A DNA stretch of 64,000 nucleotides from Eledone cirrhosa. Lineage: Eukaryota. Position 1 is the first letter of the stretch. Every line of letters begins with the position of its first letter. Location: positions 82,522,001 to 82,586,000 of the forward strand of contig OZ024741.1 in assembly GCA_964016885.1 (NCBI GenBank), written 5' to 3'. A model generated the notes under the pieces. It was not told the origin of the DNA and did not search any database. It saw only the letters and a program-made list of their open reading frames with translations. Shown here in pieces: positions 14,076 through 27,879 of the stretch. Made by a program: the position numbers and the translations under genes.

Positions 14076-14149
14076 AAACTGCACAAAATGTTGATACTTT
14101 TCGACTAATGTCTTCTATGTGAGCGTGTGGTCTTGATTTACTTAAGTAC

Positions 14150-14318
<169 letters not shown>

Positions 14319-14630
14319 TTAATAAATTAAATAATCAGAGCAATATATCATAAATCATGTCTTTAGAATTATTAGATAAAATATATACCATTTCCTCTCC
14401 CAATCAGCACAATTAACCATATAAAAAATCAATTAGACCAAGCTATAAGAATAAAGGCTCTTATGAAAAAATCTCCGACAAAGAACCGAAAGTGGCCTCT
14501 TCACAGTGGCCCCCAATAGAGTATTTATCCAACATTTCGACAGCATGTAGAAACTGACTAAATATACCATCAACCATACACAATTAGGTGTAAATTCAAA
14601 CTTAGGAGAAATGTGTACATACCGTAATTA

Positions 14631-14710
14631 TATCTCTACCATGGTTTCATCCGTATTTTTAGACATCCAATTAATAGGAACTGCCCAGAGTTCGGATTCA
14701 TCAGGAGACA
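14631..14710 (-). ncRNA. Canonical type-I hammerhead ribozyme
   Basis: Reverse complement of 15512-15591. Confidence 0.88.
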
Positions 14711-15511
14711 AACTCAAAATTAGACACTTAGTTTTCCAAAGTGATCGCGCCAAAATTAGATTAAAAAATGGCTAAGAACCGCAATTTAGCAGTGGTCAAG
14801 TTAGAAAGAATGTGATTGGTTGCTTACGGCGGGTAGGCTTGTTGCTAGAAAGCGCAGCCAAATATCGCCAAATTGTATCTCAACCTAACGGGAGATTATT
14901 AAATATAAAGGTTTACATATACATAAAGTTATAGATATATATGTTGCAACCGGTCACTTTGTGGCTCTATGAAGAATTAATAAATTAAATAATCAGAGCA
15001 ATATATCATATATCATGTCTTTAGAATTATTAGATAAAATATATACCATTTCCTCTCCCAATCAGCATAATTAACCATATAAAAAATCAATTCGACCAAG
15101 CTATAAGAATAAGGGCTCTTATGAAGAAATCTCCGACAAATAACCGAAAGTGGCCTCTGATTGGGAGAGGAAATGGTATATATTTTATCTAATAATTCTA
15201 GACACATGATTTATGATATATTGCTCTGATTATTTAATTTATTAATTCTTCATAGAGCCACAAAGTGACCGGTTGCAACATATATATCTATAACTTTATG
15301 TATATGTAAACCTTTATATTTAATAATCTCCCGTTAGGTTGAGATACAATTTGGCGATATTTGGCTGCGCTTTCTAGCAACAAGCCTACCCGCCGTAAGC
15401 AACCAATCACATTCTTTCTAACTTGACTACTGCTAAATTGTGGTTCTTAGCCATTTTTTAATCTAATTTTGGCGCGATCACTTTGGAAAACTAAGTGTTT
15501 AATTTTGAGTT

Positions 15512-15591
15512 TGTCTCCTGATGAATCCGAACTCTGGGCAGTTCCTATTAATTGGATGTCTAAAAATACGGATGAAACCATGGTAGAGATA
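15512..15591 (+). ncRNA. Canonical type-I hammerhead ribozyme
   Basis: tgtctc CTGATGA atccg-(39 nt)-cggat GAAA ccatgg TA gagata; GUA cleavage triplet; palindromic stem III. Confidence 0.88.
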
Positions 15592-15870
15592 TAATTACGG
15601 TATGTACACATTTCTTCTAAGTTTGAATTTACACCTAATTGTGTATGGTTGATGGTATATTTAGTCAGTTTCTACATGCTGTCGAAATGTTGGATAACTA
15701 CTCTATTGGGGCCACCTCGAAGAGGTCACTTTCGGTTATTTGTCGGAGATTTCTTCATAAGAGCCTTTAATCGTATAGCTTGGTCTAATTGACTTTTTAT
15801 ATGGTTAATTATGCTGATTGGGAGAGGAAATGGTATATATTTTATCTAATAATTCTAAAGACATGATTTA

Positions 15871-15950
<80 letters not shown>

Positions 15951-16022
15951 AGTATGGTTTCTAGGATGCGTCCATGGGCGGTATGACGGTTGACCACTCT
16001 ATGGTCCTTCGGAGCAGAGTAT

Positions 16023-16349
16023 GGTAATATGGAAAACGAAGAATCGATGGAACACAATTTATTACGTATTGCAATTGTTTCTCCGCCGAACAGCTCGAGT
16101 ACGTTCTGTTTGTGGATCGAACCTGACTCTGGATTCGTAAGTTCATAAGATACGTCTAATGATTTCGAAGCAAATTCTCTTTTTGGCAGAAAAAGAATTT
16201 ACAAATTCTCTTTCTGCCAGAAAGAGAATTTGCTTCTAAATCACTAGACGTATCTGAGATACTTGCGAATCCAGAGTCAGGTTCACCGGAGAAACAATTA
16301 TAATACATAATAAATTGTGTTCCGATGCATCACTGATTCTTCGTTTTCC

Positions 16350-16354
<5 letters not shown>
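16023..16354. mobile_element. Foldback element with HHR 3'-half remnant
   Basis: Inverted arms centred near 16200; both carry CGGAGAAACAATT, resembling the GAAACAATTGTA/GTC HHR ends at 14035 and 55525. Confidence 0.65.
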
Positions 16355-16427
<73 letters not shown>

Positions 16428-16429
<2 letters not shown>

Positions 16430-18767
16430 AAGGAGTAGGACCCCGACGGCTGTGCTCAAGCCGTTTCGACGGCTAATTCTGGACTAAACGAACATTTTTA
16501 TCCTAGTATTTGAATAGCCGAGCTTCTCAAGGGGTAATTCCATACATGGTAAAAGTGATTGTCACGAGGATTGGTCAAAAGTTTGTTGTTGAGACATAAT
16601 AATTCTATGATGGCAATTTGTGGAGGGGAAGGGTGGCTGAACCTGCCAGTAGGAGAAAGAGGGAGAGGGGGTGGAGGAGACCCAGTCATGCGTTGATAGT
16701 GCCGACTACAGTTGGGCATGAGGTCGAAGAAGATACTAGGGAGGGAGTGGGGGAGGAAATCGAAACAATTAGTAAAACAATATGGGGTAATTATATAAAA
16801 AAGAGTGTTAAAAAGCCTCGGGGTCGCCGGGGTCGCCGACCGCACGGAACCCCTAGACCCACGGACACCCTACTTCACACTGAAGGACCACAAATCCGAT
16901 TTCGACCGTAAACCTTCTATCAGGCTTATAAAACCAACGAAGTCCGACATAGGGAGAATCAGCAAAAAAATCCTAGACCGCGTTATACCAAAAGTTAAGC
17001 AACACGTCCGACTTAGCTTATGGTTCAACACCCAGGAAGTAATTTCATGGTTCAGCAATATGGAGAAAAACGAGACACTAAATACATCCAGTTTGAGATA
17101 GAGAGTTGCTATGCTTCAATCACCTTACCGCTACTTACGGCTGCCTTGGACTTCGCCGAGGCACTTGTGCCCATCACCGACCAGGAAAGAAACATCATCC
17201 TCCACACCAGGAAGACAGTCTTACTGTTCGACAACTCCAAATGGATACAGAGAGCTCCCGACTCACCCTTCGACGTCAGCATGGGCGCCACGGATTCGGC
17301 GGAGGTCACAGATCTTATAGGATTATTCCTAATAGCCAAACTCACCGATATGATCATGGATTGTACCGTGATGATGGGCTCCTTACCATTAAAGGGTACA
17401 ACCCCAGTAGTACAATTAATCAGCTTCTTCCGCGACTGGGGATTTTAAATAACCCTACAAACGTCCCTGACCCGAGTAAACTTCCTGGACGTTACGCTTG
17501 ACCTCGATAATGATCTGTACTACCCATTCAGGAAACCTAACGACAACCTGCACTACATCCACCGCCGGTCAAACCATCCTAGGAACATCACCAATAACCT
17601 GGTTAAGAATATCTCCCTCCGCATATCCCGTTTGTCAGCTAATGAGCAGATATTCGAGGAACATGCGCCTTATTACAACCAGGCCCTCAAGCGGAGTGGT
17701 TTTCGGGAGGAAATATCCTACTGTCAAGCTTCCATTAGCGGAACCAGCAGGCGACACCGCCGCTCACGCAATGTATCATGGTTCAATCCTCCCCACAACG
17801 CCGAGGTGACAACTCCTATCGGGAAAATCTTCTTTAGGCTCATTGAAAAACACTTCCCACTACAACACCGCTACCACAACATAATTAACAAAAATACCAT
17901 CAAACTCTCTTACTAACCACACCAAACTTTGTACAAACAAAACATCGTCTACTCTAACAACAAAAAACTCAACCCCTATGGAAGAAATAACCTAAATAGC
18001 AGTGGAGAGCCGACCAGGAGGTGCAACTGTCCTGATGGATCCATTTGCCCCCTCGACAACAGATGCAGAGATCGTAATGTTATCTACCAGTGCAACGTGA
18101 GGACGGACACCTCCAACAAAGCTTATATAGCATTAACGGCATGTGACTTCAAAACCCGGCTATACCAACACAGACATACCTTCCGAAACCCGGCCCGGCG
18201 TCACGCCACGACACTTTCGGGCCACATATGGGACCTCAAGGATAACAACATTACCTATGATCTCACTTGGAGCTTACTATCCAGAGCCAACTCTTACACG
18301 GGACGACGCCGTCCGTGCAATTTATGCTCGGAGGAAACTTTACAAATGCTGTTTTCGACGGACCAACTCCTAAACAAGAAAGATGAACTGGTTACTGCAT
18401 GTAAACACAGATTGCATAGGACTTACCTCGCCCTCAAACCCCATAATAACCCGGGGGGTAGACTAGGGCTATAACACCCTACCTGCCGATTTTGTAATGG
18501 GTAACCCCTGCTTGCAAAGGTAGACGTAAGATCTTCTTTTATATTTTTTATCGCTTCCTCTATATTTCCTTCTTCCCCCCATCCCTCCCTAGTTCTTCCA
18601 CCCGAGTCCTCTTTCTTTTCTCGAAGTACTCAATACTTAGGGTAGTAGAGTGGGTAGTAGGAACAAGTATGAGCCCGACGGTAGAGCTCAAGCCGTTTCG
18701 ACCTCTATTTCCGTCCAAAAATAGCCGTCGAAACGGATTGAGCTCTGCCGTCGGGGTCATACTTGTT

Positions 18768-18770
<3 letters not shown>
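16428..18770 (+). mobile_element. Naiad-like PLE, 5'-truncated, with upstream inverted pLTR
   Basis: Frameshifted ORF 16807-18474: YFTLKDHKSDF, RLIKPTKSDIGRISK, FDVSMGATD, GLYRDDGL, SNHP, WFNPP..KHFP, CNCPDGSICPL, NVIY..AYIALT..FKTRLYQH, CNLC. The reverse complement of 16428-16806 resembles the 3' UTR (TCCCTCCCTAGT at about 18582 and 16736). Confidence 0.92.
16440..16535 (-). ncRNA. Hammerhead motif with U3:A8 core (UUGAGAA)
   Basis: acccc TTGAGAA gct cggcta..tagccg tc GAAA cggct-tgagcac-agccg TC ggggt. Confidence 0.72.
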
Positions 18771-18801
<31 letters not shown>

Positions 18802-18807
<6 letters not shown>

Positions 18808-19225
18808 AAACAATAGAGGTGTAACACACAAGCAAGTTATTATATATTGGTAAACGGAATAGAAAATGCTGACAAATTGTTCGCAGTGAAAAATAGTTTA
18901 ATTAGGAATAAATGAGAATTAGTAATTGTATTGGTTAGTATTCAGTTTTGGTTTTAAGTTTTACCGGTTGCGCATTCCTAAATGCTTTTCAAAAATAATT
19001 TTGAGATAGTGCGTCCGTGATGTTTGCTCTGATCTGATTAGTTTTGGGAATTCTACCTGCTTTTATGTTAAAAAAATGGCTCCAGCGCTATTAAAATTGG
19101 TTTTTGCGCCAATTCGTGTTGCAAAAATTCATGTGGTCAAAACAATTTTGATTGGTCGGTAGAGGTCATGTGAATGTAAAAAAATGATTTTGCGCCAAGA
19201 CTGAGAAATGACTCTTTCACAACAA

Positions 19226-19303
<78 letters not shown>

Positions 19304-19793
19304 TAGTAGTAAAGTGTTCGTTGTTGTGATAATGGTTAGCAGGGATGTGTGTGCGACCGCATCCTGTTGACAGTTCAAATGCCTATTAAGACAAGTGTGT
19401 GTGTGTGTGTGTATGTGTCTGTGTGTAGCAGAGTAATTCGTGGTAGAGAAATGGTCAGTAGGAATGTGTCTGTAAGTGAGTGGGGGATATTTTAACATGT
19501 TAAAAGATATTTTTCAGCTCTTGTCTTATACGGAGAACTGTGTGTGTGTGTATGTGTGTGTGTAAGTCTCTTTGTATATTAATGTACGCGTGTGTATGTG
19601 TGTGTATATATATGTGTGTTTGCGAATGTGTGTGTGTGTGTGTGTGTGTGGGTGAACCAGTATTTTTTTCCTGGTAAAATGGTGTATATTATTCGATATT
19701 TTCAGTAAAATCGATTCTCTCAATAGAACATCAAAAACCTTAACAATAAAAGGTGTGAAATGATATTCACTATATATATATACATACATATAT

Positions 19794-19839
<46 letters not shown>

Positions 19840-21251
19840 TGTGTTGCACCATAGAACATGTGTGTTTACGTATGTCATTGTGTTTATATGTGGGTAGACA
19901 TGTGTGCTGATGTAGGTATGTATATTGACGTGTGTATGTTGTGGGTTCGTCTTAGGGAGAAGTGTTTAGACGGGGTCCGTATTTGTTAATAAAGTAAGAT
20001 TCCTTGCTGATGCGCTGGGTGTGGGTGGCATTATCTTTAAATTTGTAGAGGGAGAAGATTCTGAAGTTGGGATGATTTTCGGCGGCACAGGTATCAATGT
20101 GTTCACTCAGTGGTATTTTCCTGTATTCCCGTATTTTAATTTGGGATCTATGGACAGTCATGCGTTGGCGGAGGCTGATTTTGGGCTAGCCTATGTATTT
20201 TTCTCGACAACCTGAGCAAGTTATTACATATATTAGATTTTCCGATGCACATGTGAAATTGTGTTTTACTATAAAACGTTGTCCTTCTTTGAAATAGAAT
20301 TCCGAACCCTCTATTAGGTTGATGCAAATGCCACAGTTGGGTCTATCGCATTTTTTTTTCTGTGGGTTTCGTTGTTGTGGTTGGCAGTACTTTGGCATGT
20401 GTTAGGATGTTTTTCATTGACTTAGTTTGTCTTTTGCTCTTTATGATATCGTTTGTTCGTAGGATTTGGTTAATTCTATGGTCATTTTTCAACACAGGGA
20501 TGTTCTGGAGGATGGTTTCAAAGGCCTCATTGTTGAGGGTGTTGTGTGTGGAGATGTATGGAAGAGCTTTTAGTTTCGGTTGATTTACTTTAGGGTGTCT
20601 AAGGTCCTGGGTACTGAGTTTTAGGGCACGTTGGATTCTATTGTCAATTAGTGATACAGGGTAGTCCCCGCCTATGAGTGTGTCCTTTAGTTCTTGTAGC
20701 CGTAAGTAGCAGGTGTTTTTATTGGAGACTATAGTACATATAGTTGTAGGGAATATATACAATAAGTTGTAGGGAATATTAATTTTAGCGTGTCTAGGGT
20801 GGCAAGAGTTGAAAGGAAGATATTGCTTGGAGTCTGTGGACTTGTAGTATATGTCTGTTTCTATTTTTTTGTTATGGATCTTAATAAGGATGTCGAGGAA
20901 GGGGAGTTGTTGATGGCTGTATTCCATCGTGAAGTTAATATTCGTGTTGAACCCATTTATAAGGGTGTGAAATTCTTTCAGTTTTTCGATGTTTCATGCC
21001 AAAGGATGAAGCAGTCATCTAGATATCGCTTCCAGTTCCTCTACAAATTTAAAGATAATGCCACCCACACCCAGCGCATCAGCAAGGAATCTTACTTTAT
21101 TAACAAATACGTACCCCGTCTAAACACTTCTCCCTAAGACGAACCCACAACATACACACGTCAACATACATACCTACATCAGCACACATCTCTACCCACA
21201 TATAAACACAATGACATACGTAAATACACATGTTATATGGTGCAACACAAA

Positions 21252-21316
<65 letters not shown>

Positions 21317-21681
21317 ATATATGTATGTATATATATATAGTGAATATCATTTCACACCTTTTATTGTTAAGGTTTTTGATTTTCTATTGAGAGAATCGAT
21401 TTTACTGAAAATATCGAATAATATACACCATTTTACCAGGAAAAAAATACTGGTCCACCCACACACACACACACACACATTCTCAAACACACATATATAC
21501 ACACACATACACACGCGTACATTAACATACAAAGAGACTTATACACACACACACACACAGACACACACACAGTTCTCCGTATAAGACAAGAGCTGAAAAA
21601 TATCTTTTAACATGTTAACATATCCTTCACTCACTTACATACACATTCCTACTGACCATCCCTCTACCAGGAATTACTCTG

Positions 21682-21723
<42 letters not shown>

Positions 21724-22352
21724 TTCTCCGTATAAGACAAGAGCTGAAAAATATCTTTTAACATATTAAAATATAGCCCACTCACTTACAGACACATTCC
21801 TACTGACCACCCCTCTACCACGAATTACTCTGCTATACACACACAGACACACACACTTGTCATAATAGGCATTTGAACTGTCAACAGGATGCGGTCGCAC
21901 ACACATCCCTGCTAACCATTCTCACAACAACGAACACTTTACTACTACTACTACACACACACACACACACATATTTGTTGCAAAAGAGTCATTTCTCAGT
22001 CTTGGCGCAAAATGAATTTTTTACATTCACATGACCTCTACCGACCAATCAAAATTGTTTTGATCACAAGAATTTTTGCAACACGAATTGGCGCAAAAAC
22101 CAATTTTAATAGCGCTGGAGCCACTTTTTTAACATAAAAGCAGGTAGCATTCATAAAACTAATCAGATCAGAGCAAACTACACGGATGCTCTATCTCAAA
22201 ATTATTTTTGAAAAGCATTTAGAAATGCGCAACCGGTAAAACTTAAAACTAAAACTGAATATTAACCAATACAATTACTAATTCTCATTTATTCCCAATT
22301 AAACTATTTTTCACTGCGAACAATTTGTCAGCATTTTCTATTCCGTTTACCA
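18802..22352 (-). mobile_element. Neptune-like PLE, 5'-truncated, between about 1.2-kb inverted pLTR arms
   Basis: Minus-strand RYLDDCFI (about 21005-21028), LPFLDILI, TDIYYKSTDSKQYL..SCHP, CDRPNCGIC, NLIYVITCSGC..YIG, KESYFINKY..LN. 18848-20052 mirrors 21040-22352. Confidence 0.93.
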
Positions 22353-22391
22353 GTAATTATATATAGATAGATAGATATATATGTTTATATA

Positions 22392-23175
22392 TAAAATACA
22401 ATATGTTGAAAAGGTAACACGCTAGAGAGATATAGTGCGCGTCATGTATAAAACAGGGAAAACCATCAGTGTTTGGAATCTATAATCTATGGAAGGCAGG
22501 GTAGACATACAATAATTAAAAATATAAATTAAAATGTATATACGCATCTCTATAACTATATAACACACGCATAAAAATCTAAAGAGATCTGTTTCGCCAG
22601 GAAGTTGTTGACTCAAATGGAATAGCCTATGGTTCATCAGCGCGTGCAAGACTATACATTCCAGACAACTCTAAGAGAATCTAAAGCGACCGTCCTGCTA
22701 CACGCGGCAGAGAGATGTCACAGCGTGTTTAGGGCAGTGAACCAGTGGTATCTGAGGAACGAGCTGCTAGAAAGGGCAGCCCGAAAACCACTCAAAGATG
22801 TGTGCTCAACCAAACAGAGCGATAAGGAACGAAATATCACGATAAATTAACGGAGCCATAGACTCTCGTTATTCCCTGTCAATAATGTGCTCAAAGGAAA
22901 AGGAAACCTGACCTCTTTAAAATACGATATGTTGAAAAGGTAACACACTAGAGAGAGATAGTGCGCCATCAATAAAACAAGGAAAACCACCAGTGTTTGG
23001 AATCTATAATCTATAGAAGGCAGGGTACCCTGTTTTGTTGATGGCACACTATCTCTCTCTAGTGTGTTACCTTGTAAACACATTGTATTTTAAAGAGCTC
23101 AGGATTCCTTTTCCTTTGAGCACATTATTGACAGGGAATAACGAGAGTCTATGACTCCGTTAATTTATCGTGATA
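22392..23175. mobile_element. Foldback HHR element, about 527-nt unit
   Basis: AAATAC.ATATGTTGAAAAGGTAACAC at 22394 and 22921; 23030-23175 is an inverted arm. Confidence 0.78.
22566..22646 (-). ncRNA. Type-I hammerhead motif
   Basis: cacgcg CTGATGA acca..tggc GAAA c agatct-cttt-agattt t TA tgcgtg; mismatches at the bases of stems II and III. Confidence 0.7.
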
Positions 23176-23214
23176 TATTTATACATGTGTGTGTGTGTGT
23201 CTGTGTGTGTGTGT

Positions 23215-23288
<74 letters not shown>

Positions 23289-23975
23289 CGTGTGTGTGTG
23301 TGTGTGTGTGTCTGTGTGTGTGTGTGTGTGTGTGCGTGTGTGTGCGTATTTGTCTAATGACTGATAAACATACGAAACTCCAGAGTAACAAGGCTCACTA
23401 TTTAGCCGTAATAAAATGAATATTAAAATTCTACTTCGGTATTGAGTACTCTTTTCTCTGACTGTTTAGAATGTTGAGGATTTCAAAACAATTTACATTA
23501 AAAAATGTTATATTATGTGAGTGAGAATTAGTATAAACGTTCACATACTATATTGCTACAAAGGAAATATATAGATATGTTATTCCAGATAGCCGTATAG
23601 ACAAGTAACAATAAATACGAGTAAAGATATTGTAGGGATACAAATTCCTTAGCAGAACGCAGACACAGCTGAACAAACATGTTAAAAAATGTAAAGGAAT
23701 TTAATTGTTTTCTATCATAGTAAATAACATTGTAAGAAAAATACTTGCGTTCAGGCAGATATCTCTATATCTTGTCATGTTTCAAAAATCTGTTGTAAAG
23801 CATATACATGTAAGTGATCTTTGATCAGTTATGATATAATGGTTATCTTCTAAAAATAAAATAGCGGCATATATAAATAGATGAATACAAATGACTGTAC
23901 TTATTTTTCAAGTCCTGCATGTGTTTGGTTTAGAAAGAGAATTTGACATACATGAAAGGATGACATTATATGTCA

Positions 23976-24168
23976 AGGGCGGTGGATTGGCAGTATCGGT
24001 AGAGGGTCTGACGCTATGCTTTGCAGCAAAGAGTTACGCCCCTTTATGGTTTGAGTTCAAATCCCGCCGAGGTTAACTTTGCCTTTCATCCTTACGGGGT
24101 CGATAAAATAAAGTACCAGTAATGCACTGGATAATTGCTGGCCTTGTGCCAAAAGTAGAAACAATTAT
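23976..24168 (+). mobile_element. tRNA-derived Nin/Deu-type SINE
   Basis: A-box-like TGGCAGTATCGG, B-box GAGTTCAAATCC, core CCGAGGTTAACTTTGCCTTTCATCC. Other copies at 44860-44975 (-), 51958-52062 (+), 56953-57065 (-); degenerate ones at about 24335-24480 and 46625-46760. Confidence 0.85.
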
Positions 24169-24916
24169 ATGTCTGGAGACGTAACATTTGATAGACACGT
24201 AGGCGTCTGTCCTGGGGGATATTAAACCTAGCAGAACAAATACTCTCTTCAGGCGATTTCTTCCAAAGAAGGTGAGAAAGAGTATGATAGAAAGGAAGTG
24301 AGAAAGGGATGTAAGAAGAAACGAACCAAGTACAAGGCTGTTTATTTTTATGAACCTCGAAGGTATGAAAGGTAAAGATGATAAAATAAGTGGGATTTGT
24401 AATCCAAGAGAGCAGAGAGCCGGAACGAACAACGGAAACATATATTCAGACGTTCTAATGACTCTACGAATTCGCCGACATCATGTATATCTTACTCATT
24501 GATTTTAAATAGCAGTAAGATTGTTTTTTGTGGTGTCGTCGTTTCTAATAAACGCTTCATGTTTTGTCGTCTGTAGATAGCAAATTTATACTTACAGTCT
24601 CACTTTCATAAATGTTTAAACAGGTTCTGATATATTTACGAGTGTTATCGTGATTGTACTTCTAAAAGGTTCACTTCACACGTCCGTAGTTTAAGGCAAG
24701 TGTTTTCTAATGCATTCCGTTGTAAATTGAGAGTGTTTTAGAACACATTCGATGATAAAAACAGTGTTTAAATCTATGTTTTGTTAGATACAAAAACTGA
24801 GAGAAAAAGGCAAATATTGTAGGAAATTGGTTCCATTGTCGATAAGAAGTGCGCGTTTTCTTCAAGATTAGTAATACACACACAATTACGCAAGCACACA
24901 TACTCACGCTTATATA

Positions 24917-24960
<44 letters not shown>

Positions 24961-25281
24961 CACGATTCGCTGTAATCATGTATGATTAGTACATGACATG
25001 ACAGTAATATCGGTATGTGGTTCGTAATAGTGATATAATATAATCATGATACCGCAGACAGTGTGTGATATAATGAGATAATTAATTCGAAAACGTGCCT
25101 CGGTATGCTATAACAGAGTTGTGCATTATCAGTATAATAGACCTGGAAAAAAAATCTTCAATATTCGAGCTTTCAGCAACAAAAATTAATTCAATTTGTT
25201 AAGTCTACATATCAGCTTGTGCGCATGCGTGTGCTCATATAGCAGTATATATGTGTAGACGTGTTCTTGCATCAGGTTATG

Positions 25282-25370
<89 letters not shown>

Positions 25371-25399
25371 GTATATATATATATATACACTTCGTTTTT

Positions 25400-25795
25400 T
25401 AATTTATTTTGCGCGATTTCTTACCTGAAAAAGTGTGTTGAAACATATATTGTTATATTTTGGGAGGGTCATGCTGCCAATAAAAACAAACGTACCTTTT
25501 GGTTTTCACTTCAATGTATTATAAATTTCCGGTTGGTTGGCTGGTTGGTTCAATAACCGGATGGTTGTTTAATATATTGTCAACGCTCTTTCGTCACACA
25601 TTCTATACCTCCACAGTGGTTTCGTTTATATTTTGTGTCTCTCATTTGTTTTGTACTACACCATCTCCTTTTCGTGGGTTGCAACAATATATGAACAATC
25701 ATGCGATTATAGAACCAACGATCGAAAGGGAAATTTATAGTAAATTCAAGTGAAAAGTGAAAACCAACAGGTACATGTGTTTTTATTGGCAGCAT
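25400..25795 (-). mobile_element. Foldback pLTR-like element, sister of 33420-33925
   Basis: TTGGGAGGGTCAT..TTCACTTCAAT block, inverted arm from about 25680, decayed HHR about 25579-25620. Confidence 0.7.
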
Positions 25796-26024
25796 ATATA
25801 TATATATTTTATTTTTCCTCCAAATTTTTTGTCTCCATACACTTCCATGGTTGAAAATGTTTATAAACCTGAAATCGGTACACATTTAAATGCGGAAATT
25901 CCTACTTTGTAAACAATTCCTCTAGCATTTTCTACTGTATTTTTTTCCTTTTTACTATTTGTTTATATATGATGAATGACCAGTTCTATCCAGTGGTGAA
26001 CAAACATATATATATATATATATA

Positions 26025-27760
26025 AGAGAGTATTGAAGTTTGCTTGAAGCATTGTGGAATAATAAGTAAATATCTTTAAGTCGTTTGGAAGCCTCGACAA
26101 TGCAAATGGGTAAATCTCCGAGTAACAAGATCCGGTGGTGGAGAGAGAGATGTAAGTGGGTGTACGTTGAGATGCGTGGTGTGTATAAGATGTGTAAGAT
26201 GTGTAGAATAATGAAGGGAAGAAGATAAAGGATAAAATAAAAATAACAACACAAGAGAGAGTTACCTTGGGAGAGATTTAATAGTCCCTATATATTTCGA
26301 ATTCAATCCATCAACTGGGGGTTTTTTCCGGGGTGGGGGAAAGGTTTTATGTCGGACAGGTGCGAAACGCGACCTCCGCTGTTTGTTGTTTTGAATATCT
26401 GAGGTATTCAGCAGAGCGCGCGTGCGCGTGAAATGGGGTCGGTCAGGCAGAGGTCAGCGGCCGAGTGAGGGAGTGAGGTGGGGCTAGCTGTCAGTTCATT
26501 CTCTGCCTGTTTGTTAAATGTTACTGTGTGTGTGTGTGCGTGTGTTGTTGTCTCGCTTCAGTGTGTGTGTGTGTGCGTGTGTTGTTGCCTTGTTCCTCTG
26601 TATTGGCAGTATAGTATGTTCGTATGGTGGAATGCTACTGTGTGTGTGTGCGTGTGTGTGTGTAGTTGTCTCGTTTGTATGTGTGTGCGTGTGTTGTGTG
26701 TTGCTGCATCGTTTGTTAGCTTAAACCAGCCATCTCATTTCGCTTCTCTCTGATCGGTTGTTTATTTGCGGTTGCAGGCGTTTGATAAAAAGCGCTTCCT
26801 TGATACGTAACGTGCCGACGTTTCTTTCAGTTGCTAGAATTGTGACAATGGGCCTTCCGTCTTTGTTTCCGCAGTTTTCTATGTGTTTCCGGAAAGACGA
26901 GGCCCTGGTTTTAGTGTGTTCCTTGATCCGGATGTGCAAAGGTCGGATTGTGCTACCTATGTTGTATTGGTTGCACATGTCACATTCTATCTTATACACG
27001 ACGTATGTGCGTAGGCAACAGTTAGCATGGCGTATCGGGCAGTCTCTGAGGGAGCATGCGTCAGTAGATTTCACGGGTTTCCCGGAGAGGCATCTTCGCA
27101 GGGAGGGGACCGAGTGGGCCAGGTGGATGTCGAGGCCCTCCCTCCATATAGCTTTGCGGATAGCGTTGGTGGTATTCTCGCCCAGGTGTGGCATTTTAAG
27201 GAAGCACTTGCCTTGGGTGCCTCTCTGTCTCTTGTGTCTGGTGTCTCCTATTCTGTCTGTGATCGAGGTAGGGTACCCGTTCGTCTCCAGCACCTCGAGG
27301 AATCGCTTGGTATGAGTGACACCACTCGCGGGATCGCTGCATCCTTTTTGATTCGCGCGATCTCGTTCGTGATGTATACTCTTTTGGCACTGATAGGGAG
27401 GGCGGCGTGTAGTGAACGAACAGGTCCCTGCAGGCTGCCTTTCTGTAGAAGTTGCAGTGGATCCTTCCCTGTTCCGTGATGTTGATTCGGAAGTCGAGGA
27501 GGGCAAGTGACCCGTCTTCGTTGGGGTGTTCAACACTGAAGTCAATGTTCTCGTCCGTGTTGTTGAACGTCTCATAGATTCTGATCGCCGTGTCTTGGGA
27601 AGATGTGAAGATGAGGATATCGTCCACGTACCTTGAGAAAAAGGCTACGGCGCTGGGGTGGCAGGCGTTGAGTGCCTTGCGTTCGAGGTTGTCCATGTAA
27701 GAGATCGCTAGCACACCTGATAGGCTTGATCCCATGGGCTATCCCGAGATGTGTTGGTAT
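26025..27760 (-). mobile_element. Penelope-like element, 5'-truncated and frameshifted
   Basis: MGSSLSGVLA..FFSRYVDDILI..LALLDFRI..FYRK; CSLRDCPI..YVVYKIECDMC..NIGSTIRPLHIRIKEH..IKEALFIKRLQPQIN. Confidence 0.9.
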
Positions 27761-27879
27761 ATAAGCTTATAGCCTGGTCTAATTGATTTTTTGTGTGGTT
27801 AATTATTCTAATTGGAGAGGAAATGATGTATATATATATTATCAAATGATTCTATGGACATACTTTACTTTATAGTATA

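Noticed and set aside
22629-22850. ORF as a retroelement C-terminus
   Set aside because: No convincing motifs; it lies within the non-coding 527-nt HHR unit.
26285-26320. HHR in the pLTR of the 26.7-kb PLE (TTGATGG..GAAA tata TA ggg)
   Set aside because: Core too degenerate and stem I offset; not supportable.
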